Shown: piece after piece, positions 53,528 through 64,000 of the stretch
How positions within the stretch are numbered: the first letter of the stretch is position 1
Layout of the letters: every line of letters starts with the position of its first letter
Assembly: GCF_001194135.2 (NCBI RefSeq)
Contig: NC_068984.1
Coordinates: 29,927,285 to 29,991,284, forward strand
Direction: 5' to 3'
Length of the DNA: 64,000 bases
Source of the DNA: Octopus bimaculoides
Taxonomy: Eukaryota
Notes under the pieces: generated by a model
What the model saw: the letters and a program-made list of their open reading frames with translations, nothing else
Told to the model about the DNA's origin: nothing
The model's database searches: none
Translations under genes and position numbers: made by a program

Positions 53528-54659
53528 NNNNNNNNNNNNNNNNNNNNNNNNNNNNNNNNNNNNNNNNNNNNNNNNNNNNNNNNNNNNNNNNNNNNNNNNN
53601 NNNNNNNNNNNNNNNNNNNNNNNNNNNNNNNNNNNNNNNNNNNNNNNNNNNNNNNNNNNNNNNNNNNNNNNNNNNNNNNNNNNNNNNNNNNNNNNNNNNN
53701 NNNNNNNNNNNNNNNNNNNNNNNNNNNNNNNNNNNNNNNNNNNNNNNNNNNNNNNNNNNNNNNNNNNNNNNNNNNNNNNNNNNNNNNNNNNNNNNNNNNN
53801 NNNNNNNNNNNNNNNNNNNNNNNNNNNNNNNNNNNNNNNNNNNNNNNNNNNNNNNNNNNNNNNNNNNNNNNNNNNNNNNNNNNNNNNNNNNNNNNNNNNN
53901 NNNNNNNNNNNNNNNNNNNNNNNNNNNNNNNNNNNNNNNNNNNNNNNNNNNNNNNNNNNNNNNNNNNNNNNNNNNNNNNNNNNNNNNNNNNNNNNNNNNN
54001 NNNNNNNNNNNNNNNNNNNNNNNNNNNNNNNNNNNNNNNNNNNNNNNNNNNNNNNNNNNNNNNNNNNNNNNNNNNNNNNNNNNNNNNNNNNNNNNNNNNN
54101 NNNNNNNNNNNNNNNNNNNNNNNNNNNNNNNNNNNNNNNNNNNNNNNNNNNNNNNNNNNNNNNNNNNNNNNNNNNNNNNNNNNNNNNNNNNNNNNNNNNN
54201 NNNNNNNNNNNNNNNNNNNNNNNNNNNNNNNNNNNNNNNNNNNNNNNNNNNNNNNNNNNNNNNNNNNNNNNNNNNNNNNNNNNNNNNNNNNNNNNNNNNN
54301 NNNNNNNNNNNNNNNNNNNNATATATATATATATATATATATAGTGTACATATATGCATTTCTGTGTTTGTTTGGTGCATCCTATCTTCATTTAGTGTTA
54401 TTTCGTTTGTAATTTGTCATATCTTTGCACTCTCTATTTTGTTTCAGTTTTGTAATGTTTGCAGCTTTTTGTATCATTAACTCACTTTATTTTTTGAGCA
54501 CGCTAATTACATTATTCGCTTATTCGCTAATTACATTTGGATAGAAATATGTATACAGTGTCTTTCTTGTAAACTATGCACTGAAATGCAATGTAGTCAT
54601 GGAAAAGACGGTTAATTTTCACGAGCAGTTAGATGAAATATCTATGTCTTCTTACGAGT

Positions 54660-54822
54660 ATACATACATACACACATACATCCATACATACATACATACA
54701 TACATACAAACATACATACATACATACATACATGCATACATACATACATACATACAAACATACACACACACACGTACATACATACATATATATGTATATA
54801 TATTATTATTATTATTATTATT
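54660..54822. repeat. (CATA)n then (TAT)n microsatellite
   Basis: Direct runs. Confidence 0.95.
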
Positions 54823-55059
54823 ACAAATTTGGAATTCTACCAGTAGGACCACAACTTCAATTTCAGGACAACCTTATTTTCTGGAGTACACATAGAAAGT
54901 TATATCCAAAATACTAATCTAATAATATAATCATTTTAAAGTTTGAATCCAGGTAGTTTACCACAGAATGCTCTTTCTCTATACATATATCTAGACCGTA
55001 ATTCTTAAAAAAAATGTTTATGTTTTTATTTATATTTTCTAATGATCTATTAGTGCAGT

Positions 55060-55600
55060 TTTTCGTTATCAGGAGTAGGTCGTCCCTGTAAAGACCTCTT
55101 TCTAAGTTATTATGTTCTAACCCAAGATCAGATAATAAGTATATTCCTACTAAATCTGTTATTTGTGACGAGTCTGGGGCACCGATGGGTATATCGAAGC
55201 AATCCTTTGTGCCCTTCCTAGTTCATAGTTTATTTTTACATCTAATTAGGGATTTCCTCGCCGTAAGTACTACATTAACTTCATCATATGTCATATTAAC
55301 TTTTCTCATAGCATATATAATGGCCTTATTCAGAATAATCTCGTTAATAGATAAATAGTAATTTTCTATATCTCTTTGGATAAATTTACTTAATATTGTT
55401 GAACCAATTTAATGTATCTCGGGTACAGCTCCATAGTTTAAGGTTATTTCCTGTGTTAGGTTTATCTATATATTTATCTAATATAAGTTTACTTAATCTT
55501 CCTATATCGGATTTACATGGGCATATCAGTCTTACTTCAAAATAAAAATTGTTTTATGGTCCTTAATGGTTATTCTAGGGTGCATAGGGACATATGGTTC
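55060..55600 (-). mobile_element. Decayed Penelope-like RT catalytic fragment
   Basis: VRLICPCKSDIGRLSKLILDKYI, LWSCTRDTLNWFNNIK, FDIPIGAPDSSQITDLVGIYLL and GLYRDDLL (YRDD at 55090-55079). Confidence 0.85.
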
Positions 55601-57813
55601 AGTTCTATTTTCTAAATCATATTTCGTCATGATTTGTTTTAGATGTATCATTAATCTTATTTAATACGTAAGTCCGAAATGTTACTTTTTCAGAAAACGA
55701 AAAAATGGTTTCACCGTTCTATAGCAAAACGTTGTACTATTCTTTGACACATTTTGATACCTTGGCATCTGGAGTAGCTGGAGACACGGTAGTTTTACCT
55801 AAAGAACCATCTATTGCACGCAAAAATAAATATTGAAAAAAAAAAACGCATTTGACCAAATTTGGACCTACGACAGTTTAACTTAATAGCAACGATATGA
55901 ACCCTACTCGAAAGTGTTGTTTTATAATCAAGACGAGTAAATATCCTATTTTGGATTATGCAATGCTACTTTGTGTAGCTATTAATACTACATACTAATA
56001 GCGGACTGATATCGCACTGCATCGCAGTGACATAGCTGATATCGCACTGACATAGCGGACTGATATCGCACTGCCATATAAAATGAAAAGAATAGCTCAC
56101 ATTTGGTAAAAACAAACTTGAGTCTGTATGGTAACTCTAAAACCGATACATGGATCACGTCTTACATTTCCAAGTAACTTAAGCACTTTTCCTGATTTGA
56201 AAAAAATTATGGGCACGTGAGGTTACTGCGTTTGCAAATTAGCAGAATCTATCAATTATGTACAATTACATCCAAGTTGCTACTATTTAGAGACAAGTTT
56301 GCTTGCTCAGAAAACAGAGCCGGTTAGTGAAGAATTAGATAATACATCCTATAAACCAGAGTGCTGTGTTAATCACCATGTGCTGCATTTGGTCATGAAT
56401 CATTTTCTGATCTTCGATGAATAGCTTTGCGACTTAATTTGGGTCATGTCATATTTCTGAAATATCCATGAACAGCAGTCAGATATTTATATCGAGCATT
56501 TGTAAAGCTTGTAATAGTTTATTTTTTCCATAGAAGATGTCTATATATGTAGTGACTTAAAGATGTTGAACGAGGTTAACTCGTCCGAATTTTATTAAAA
56601 ATTACCTTTATCATAATATGTCATGAATAATTCTATCCAGCTTCAACTTAGCAGAGATTAATCGAGAAAGATAACTAAGCAACACTGATGGTGCCGTGTG
56701 CTGGTGTGCGTAAGTCATAGATGAACCATTCATTGGAAAAAGGTTTGACAGGAACTACAATATTGTACTCATCTGCTTTCTACTCTATACTACTTCTTTC
56801 ACATTGGAACTGATCAAGACCTGCTCACAAATAGAACAAACGAACCACAATGAAATTTTGTCAATTTTATTGAATAGTTTTTACTGAAGGAAACTTTGAA
56901 CAAAATGCCCCAGCTTCAGTGTTTGTTTATGCTTCTTCACTCATCTAAAAATGACGAGGATGAACATGCATCCATAACCGAATCGAAATAAAGCAACACT
57001 CAGCCTTAAAATGTAATGGATGTCATGGGTGTTCCATATCAAGAAGGATCTCATATAATTTGGATTCGTTTGTCAAAACATACTGCAGTTGAATATATTC
57101 TCAAATCTCACATTCACTAGTATAGTAACTTAAAGATATTTTTACAGATTTTTACAAAAACCAATGATATATTATTTTGTAACTATTTGCAACCGAGATG
57201 GAATAAGAATTTTGAAGCATTTATTGATTACTGATGTAAAATGTGTTTAAAATAATATTTGGAGACCATTATTTACAAACTCATGCATGACATTTATGGT
57301 CATCATTTCACATTTTATATATTTTTCAGTATGAGGTCAGCTCCAGAAATTTCCCCAAATCCTTGAAAGTTTATCATTATGAATCACTATAGTTGTGAGA
57401 GCGACAAACATTTCCATTGACCCTGATGAAGATACACAGATTTCTGAACTTTGTATTTACACAAGTGAAAACATGTGAAAGTGAGAAAAGTGAACATCAC
57501 GTGTTACATCTGAAGTTACATTGCAGTCAGCTAACTACAGTCAAAATGAAATGAGTTTCCGAAGCCTTTTATAGTTTACGTAAACTAAATTATTCGGGGG
57601 AAAGCAACTGGAAACTGCAGCTGCATATACAAAGCCTGTATTAGTCTAGAAAGGGTAATCATAATATATCAATGACAAGTAAATAATGTAAGTGTAAGTG
57701 GTGATAATGATTATTTGTGTTGAAATAATGCTGGTATTATCATTGTTTAGTTAATATAACTGTACTTGAGGTGATGTTACTGATGACAGCTGGTAGCTAT
57801 TGAGCGTTTACAG

Positions 57814-58077
57814 GTTAAATTTTTTTATGAAAGTGAGTCTATGGTAATATTAGAACTAACGGTATTTCTATTAACGGTATTGGTAATAGTCGTCAGCTAG
57901 TGTTGGTATTTACGAAGAGGCAGCCAGGAAGATTGCATTATTTTCAATGAAAAGAACTTTAACAACACCCACGCCAATGATGATAATGATGACGATGATA
58001 AATATGATGATGATGGTATTAGTGGTGGTGGTGGAGGTACCGGGATTGATCCTTTCGCCAACAACGGGCTGGGGTGA
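57814..58077 (+). other. Candidate exon: hydrophobic helix, in-frame TAG, acidic/Gly-rich tail (unconfirmed)
   Basis: tttacag|VKFFYESESMVILELTVFLLTVLVIVVS*CWYLRRGSQEDC...DDDDKYDDDGISGGGGGTGIDPFANNGLG*; partly built from GAT/GGT repeats. Confidence 0.18.
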
Positions 58078-59134
58078 GATTACCAAAGATATATAATATC
58101 TTGAGTTACCATTCTTGCAGTATACAAAGCTGTCGGTGACGTTACGATACCTGTAATTACTTTAAGTCATTCGCCCTTCCATGTTAACAATATATATATT
58201 AGAATTTTGAAAGAGGATCTTTCAGCTTGCCACTTAATTCTCGAAAATGCAAATAATGGCAGTTTTGTAATTCCGGGAGATTATAGTGATTATTGGCATG
58301 GAAAGAATATTGCAACCATGAGGAAAGACATGCAAACAATATGTTTAATTTCCTTTCTGACAACTTCTTTCTCGTTTTTTTCTCATTTTCTTCACAAATT
58401 AAACATAATCAGTAGACGAACAAATATGTACTTTGTATTTACTCATTTAGCTTTAATGAGACAATGGTATATATGCATTTATCATAGAAATACATTCAAT
58501 TATAGCCAAACAGGATTTTCATCAAATCATCTCAACAGATTTATTTACAAGCGTAGGTTACAGTGCACACATTTACACAAAGGTGCAGTCTCAAAATGTA
58601 AGATACTTTTCTTCATTAAATTGCTTCACAATTTCCTAGGTTTTGCCCGGATTTACAATGGTCCTTTCTTACACAGGGAACTATAACTAACGTGAATACT
58701 TCAAATGTTTTGGTATAAGACCCATTATAGATTTTGCTATCATTCATTGTTATGGTTTATTCTTATTCGGAGGTCAATGCTCTTCTATTAATGACACTCA
58801 GTAATTTAACAATAACATTTCATGATATTCGGTAAAATTTAATAATTTGTACCATACTGTTTCTCAGTGTGAATGGGAATGTTAACATTTAAAATAATAA
58901 AAATAGAAATAACAAATATAGGGTACTTGTAATTAATACAGTAAATATGAATGGCGAATAATATATTACCGGTTGTTTCAATATGTCATGAAGATGAGCT
59001 ACTTTACGCTATCGTCATAACAGGAAATTCAGATAATTACTTTGAGTGTTTAAACTTCTACGAAAAGCAGTTTCAGAAACACTCACAAGAACCGAGAAAT
59101 ATGTTCCCGATTGCGAATGACAAAACGACCTCAC

Positions 59135-59356
59135 CACCAATTCTGCGTTCAAATTTTGGCACAAGGCCGGTAATTTAGAAGGAGAGGTTACATTGATTAC
59201 ATCGATCCCAGTGTTCAACTGGTACTTATTTTATCATAATTAGTTGATGAGTAGCAAAGTTGGCCTCGGTGTAATTTGAACTGAGAACGTACAGACGGAT
59301 GAAATGCCACTAAGCACTTAGCCCGGTGTGCTAACGATTCTGCCATCTCGCTGCCT
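59135..59356 (-). mobile_element. tRNA-derived SINE, family 1, copy C
   Basis: Head GGCAGCGAGATGGCAGAATCGTTAGCACACC, B-box-like GTTCTCAGTTCAAATT, same core; tail GGCCTTGTGCCAAAATTTGAA. Confidence 0.82.
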
Positions 59357-59399
59357 TCACTTCACAACAAATATCATTCTTTCATTTGTGTTATCACAT

Positions 59400-59706
59400 A
59401 CATCATTTTCAGTAAAACCCGAAAAGTTCTCCTCAACTATGATCCAATGTCAGAGAGATTAATACTTTTCGTTTTGCAAATCAACAATAACATATTAAAA
59501 ACAATTTTTAGTTTAATTAACAAACATTTTACAAATCGAAAAAACAAATACTGGGAAATAATAACAAACCAATAGGAATAGGATATAGTCTAACACATAA
59601 CCTAGCTACCATCATCTCCTCAATTAACAATAGAAAACTAAACACCTATCTAAGTAGAAAAAATAACAGAATTAATACAAACATAAAAAATAATGACAAC
59701 TATAAT

Positions 59707-59755
<49 letters not shown>

Positions 59756-59822
59756 GAAATGGCGTGGTTGTGATAACAATAATAATGATAATATTAACAA
59801 CAACAACAACAACAACAACCAC

Positions 59823-59880
<58 letters not shown>

Positions 59881-60520
59881 GCAGCAATGGAAGTGTAAAT
59901 GATAATTGTAATAATACTAACATAAATGATCGCAAGAGTATAAGCAATAATAACATTATTGGGATCAACAATAGCCACAGAACTAATAATATAATAACCG
60001 TCAACCACAATAACATAAACCCCACACAGTCACACAGAACATGTGATGGTAGAATAAGTAATAATTGTGCATTTAATAATAACTGCATTAGAAAGGACGT
60101 AGTGTATCAATGTATAGTAAGTACACAATATGACAGCAAGGTATATGTGGTTGCGACAAAAAACAATATGAAACAGACTTAATTATCGAAACTGTACATT
60201 TAGAAACAGAAATAGGAGAAATTCTACAGGGTTAAGTAGTTATATATATGGGAACATAAGGATGGAGTAATTAACTATAATTTAAATTGGAAAATATTAA
60301 CACGGTAGTGCATCAGCATGGCCGCAGCTCTAAGCTGAAACTTAAAAAAAAAATTTTAAAAAACAGCGCCTGCATATAACACTAAAAATAGAAAATGTAT
60401 GCTATGTATTAACGAAATTTTTTATATATATGAAACTAAAATTCCGCTTATTAACAGCCTTAAGAAACGCAACGACTTCTGTCTTCATAAAATTGGGCAT
60501 ACCTTTTCTAAATAACACTA
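59400..60520 (+). mobile_element. Decayed Penelope-like element: RT C-terminus, Asn-rich (AAT)n linker, GIY-YIG endonuclease
   Basis: KTIFSLINKHF, IGIGYSLTHNLATIISSINNRKL, poly-Asn, NCAFNNNCIRKDVVYQCIVSTQYDSKVYVVAT, RNSTGLSSYI, WKIL..APAYNTKNRKCMLCINE. Confidence 0.85.
60304..60349 (+). mobile_element. Short 5'-truncated retroposon tail with poly(A), inserted in the GIY-YIG domain
   Basis: GGTAGTGCATCAGCATGGCCGCAGCTCTAAGCTGAAACTT(A)n interrupts WKIL/APAYN; imperfect flanking repeat AAAATATTAACAC / AAAATTTTAAAAAAC. Confidence 0.65.
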
Positions 60521-60757
60521 GAAACTAATATTAAAATAGCCCACTGACATAATAATAATTATTATTATTGCCCGAGTTATTATTATTGGTATACTGTTTT
60601 GTATTATATAAAATGTGATAATTATTCAGGTATATATATAAAACAGGGTATATATATTAATTTAGCTATAATTATATACATGTATGTATGTGTGAGTATA
60701 TACTAATATTGTTGCTACTTTTGTATCAATATATGTGGATATGTGTGTATATGTGTG

Positions 60758-60916
60758 TCTTTGTGCACGCACTTGTGTATATATATTTATGTATGCACAC
60801 ACATATATGTAGGTTTAGGTATGTATGTATATATGTATCTTTGTGTACGCACTTGTGTGTATATATATATTTATGTATGCACACATATATATGTAGGTCT
60901 AGGTATGTATGTATAT
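60758..60916. repeat. Two-copy tandem duplication of about 80 bp built from TA/TG microsatellite mosaic
   Basis: tctttgtgYacgcacttgtg...gtaggtYtaggtatgtatgtatat repeated at 60758 and 60838. Confidence 0.9.
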
Positions 60917-61089
60917 GTTTATGTTTTCTGCTGGTATCTTTAACAAATAAACATTGACTAGCTTATAATTTACATTTAATTACATTCCATAAGTATATAA
61001 AGTAATAGCATTATCTAGCACTACCCTTTGGACTTAATCAGTTTATCTTAGATGGTATATATGTGTGGGTATATGCATGTATATATTCA

Positions 61090-61097
61090 CATATGTA

Positions 61098-61132
<35 letters not shown>

Positions 61133-61180
61133 GTGTGTGTATGTGGGTGGGTGTTTGTGTGTGTGTGTGTGTGTATGCAT

Positions 61181-61250
<70 letters not shown>
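61090..61250. repeat. (TA)n/(GT)n microsatellite
   Basis: Direct runs. Confidence 0.95.
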
Positions 61251-63568
61251 GTATATTTTGTATGTGCATGTGTGTATATGGATACAGAAATTCATATGCA
61301 ACCCCATTACAGAACCAATAAATTGATTCATTGATTAATTAATTAATTGGCTGATTGATAAGTTGATTGATTGATTGATTGATTGAATAATGGACCTAAA
61401 TTTATGAATATAGTATTATTATAATCATAGATCTCAATAAACCAGAGTTACCTCCCTTCATTCTATTTATAGCTTAAAACCCCACCACTACCACTACCAC
61501 ACCTCTTAAATATATCATTAAAAGTAATTAACTAAATAATTAGACGGATAAATAATTTAAAAGAGTGAATGACTGATGGGTTTATTAATTAAATGACTCA
61601 ACACTATTACATACAGCCTTGCATTTGAGGTATTTTGTCAGATAAAATAGATTTTAAACATAATTTTAGCGATAAATACCAACAATTTAGTAATATGTAG
61701 GTAATATATATAAAAGAGGATATATAAGGATATATATTGAGTTGGTTCATTAATTTAGTAAATAAACACTGTTGCATGGAGAATTACAATTAATGTATTT
61801 TATCGGAGAATACTTTTCAAGCATAATTTTAGCGATAAATTTAGTGAAACAACTTCTCCGGTCACTTTTGGAATTTGTTCTTTATTTAAATTTGGTCCGA
61901 ATAACTTCCAAAATATAATTTTTTACAATATATTACCCGTATGGTTTAGTAAATATACAAATGATTCCCCTAATTAAGCAGATACATGTGTTGTTATATA
62001 CTGTTTTTCAATAAATTTTAATAACTTATCTTTCATATGCAGTATAATAAAAAAACTTTACCCTTAGTAATATCACTTTAACCTAAGATACTAATATATA
62101 TATATATATATANNNNNNNNNNTACATATATATATATATATATATATATACAAATTCATCCCCGTTTTTATTATATATTGCATAATTGAACATAACTTAA
62201 TTTAATTTAATACATTATAACAGAGTCAAGTCTCTATATTAATTTCTTTATTGACTTTTACTTTCCTACCTACTAATAGTTAACCTTGGATTATTTTTTT
62301 ATTTATATACATGTTTTTCATATATATTTGCCTAATTTGTTGTTTATGTTATCCGTTATTCATTAATCAACCATAACAGATGCAGAGTTCTTTTAAAGAT
62401 GTTTATTGACTTGACCGGTGTATGTGTACTCATGCAATACTATTCTGGCAATCCCAACAAACACTCAGACGCACACACATAAACACAAGGATCAAAGGGT
62501 TAACGTTTGATAAAAGGGTTAACTTAACAAAACACACTTCCACTGTGAAACATTTCTTAAATGTCTTTTCCTTGACACTTAAATGAAACATAATTGGGCA
62601 TGAGATGGAAAGTCATAGGTTTACACCAGTGGGTTATATAGTTTAGTGTGTTATACAATCTATCAATTCAATGTGTACTTTTGTGATATGCATAGTTTCA
62701 CTTCTTCACACACATTTCATGGGTAATTAAGTAGAACGTCTGCTATTTGGTTAACTATCGTTGTTTCTGATGAAAGATTACTAATGAGTTGTGAAGTTGT
62801 AATTTCATGGATTCAAATGGTGTATCTGCAAAATGACAGAATTCATAAATTAGACTCATTTTCCCAAAGAAGAATAAAGTTGTTGATAATAAGCTGATCT
62901 GAACACATATATTCTAGCCCAACTTCTGTTGACGAATACGAAATAATTTGCTCAAATTGTCAATTAATATGTTGTTAGAAAATGGTAAATGATATTTGTA
63001 AACAGAAGAGCATGTCATTAAATGGAAACGAGATATTTATGAAAGATATGATACCGGTTAATTACAAAAGAAATTCTCTCAATGAATGAGAAACAGATTG
63101 TGAAAGAATCAAAGAGATAAATGTGAATGTAATTTGTAATCGACATTTATCACTTCTGAAATATTCTTCGTAATTGTGTGTTGTTTAAATAAGAAGTAAA
63201 ACATTGTGCTTGTTGAATCTATGGAACATGAAGCCATAAGCTCCATGTTATTTTAATATATGCTTTAAATGATAATAATCAATACCCAGAAATTGATATG
63301 ATACGCTATGATACGTTTATGTTAATATTATCGCTACGGAAACCTGTTCCACAAAAGAAAAAAAATCCATAAAGACTAAGCTGTTCACTTAAAATGGCCA
63401 TTATTTTTAGTGAGTTTCGAGTATAAGAATAGATGGCTATGTATTCTGTTCATAATCTTATGGTTCTGCTTTCGATCCTTCTAGCAATGAGCAAGTGATA
63501 TTTGTCCACCTAGTGGATTTCAGTCGATAAATTAGGCAGAAATTATCATTGCATGAGCCCGCTAGCCT

Positions 63569-63616
<48 letters not shown>

Positions 63617-63689
63617 TGAGCTGGTTTTAGATAGCCAAGTGTATATAACATTATATAAATTAGTACGTCTCTCATCCTTTCGTTTCAAA

Positions 63690-64000
63690 GTTGGTTGTTA
63701 GACGATTGCAGGGAAATATAATAATCCACCAAGGGAAGGTATGTCGGAAGAAAGTAATTCAACAACCCGGGTTGATGAACCATAACACGTGTGGCCAGAA
63801 CCTCCTGGAAAATAACCATAGCGAGGGACATTTCACAGTTGAATTAGAACAGTCACAAACAGTGAAAGAAGACATGCACCCAACACCAGAGCTGAAGACA
63901 CCTCCGAAAGGGGGTGGCCCCGCCACGTCAAAACGGTAGAGGAGTAGGGGCCGAAACCGGACGTGGTTCCTCCTGATGATGTCTTGAGCTAACTGGATCC
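63690..64000. mobile_element. Edge of an unclassified GC-rich, structured repeat (truncated by the window end)
   Basis: Abrupt GC/CpG rise, hairpin CACCTCC-GAAA-GGGGGTG and stem GGCCCC/GGGGCC; weak CR1/L2-like 3' hints on the minus strand. Confidence 0.35.

Larger units (their letters stand above)
2770..62122. other. Ten assembly gaps: 2770-2931, 10550-10559, 14604-14733, 18116-18125, 21254-21733, 29224-29414, 51019-51173, 51724-52018, 53528-54320, 62113-62122
   Basis: N-runs, mostly flanked by (TA)n or (AAT)n; they inflate the long poly-X ORFs. Confidence 0.99.

Noticed and set aside
53400-54480. Longest ORFs (309-346 aa), and similar ones at 21098-21906 and 51587-52170
   Set aside because: Almost entirely N-gap plus (TA)n; artefacts
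58207-58686. 159-aa ORF
   Set aside because: No recognisable motif; composition typical of AT-rich non-coding DNA
1-64000. CRISPR arrays, rRNA, protocadherin or C2H2 zinc-finger genes
   Set aside because: No repeat-spacer periodicity, rRNA-like sequence, cadherin motifs or HTGEKP linkers seen on either strand

Overview
AT-rich eukaryotic draft-assembly window with 10 N-gaps, dense microsatellites and layered transposon relics. The repeat landscape (tRNA-headed SINEs, (TA)n/(CA)n/(TATC)n arrays, Penelope-like and mariner relics) resembles a coleoid cephalopod (Octopus-like) genome; this is an inference from recalled repeat families, not a database result. I found no convincing host protein-coding gene: most ORFs in the track are translations of microsatellites, N-runs or decayed TEs. 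Supported features are four Tc1/mariner relics plus a MITE, an RTE LINE, an R4/Dong-like RT fragment, several Penelope-like (PLE) RT/GIY-YIG fragments and at least three SINE families. Most notable: (1) three minimal type-I hammerhead ribozyme motifs with short self-complementary or near-palindromic stem III (2568-2613, 14861-14951, 27501-27546, all minus strand), plus a variant-core inverted pair (31852-32001), carried by short PLE-type modules that abut (TA)n arrays, a possible retrozyme-like system; (2) a 1.8-kb ORF1-only zinc-knuckle retroelement inserted just before a mariner ATG, whose 3' end matches the tail of a SINE in the same window at 28/35 nt; (3) a transmembrane-like reading frame split by a single UAG that A-to-I editing could recode to Trp (speculative). 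All motifs were read by eye, and family names need profile or database confirmation.
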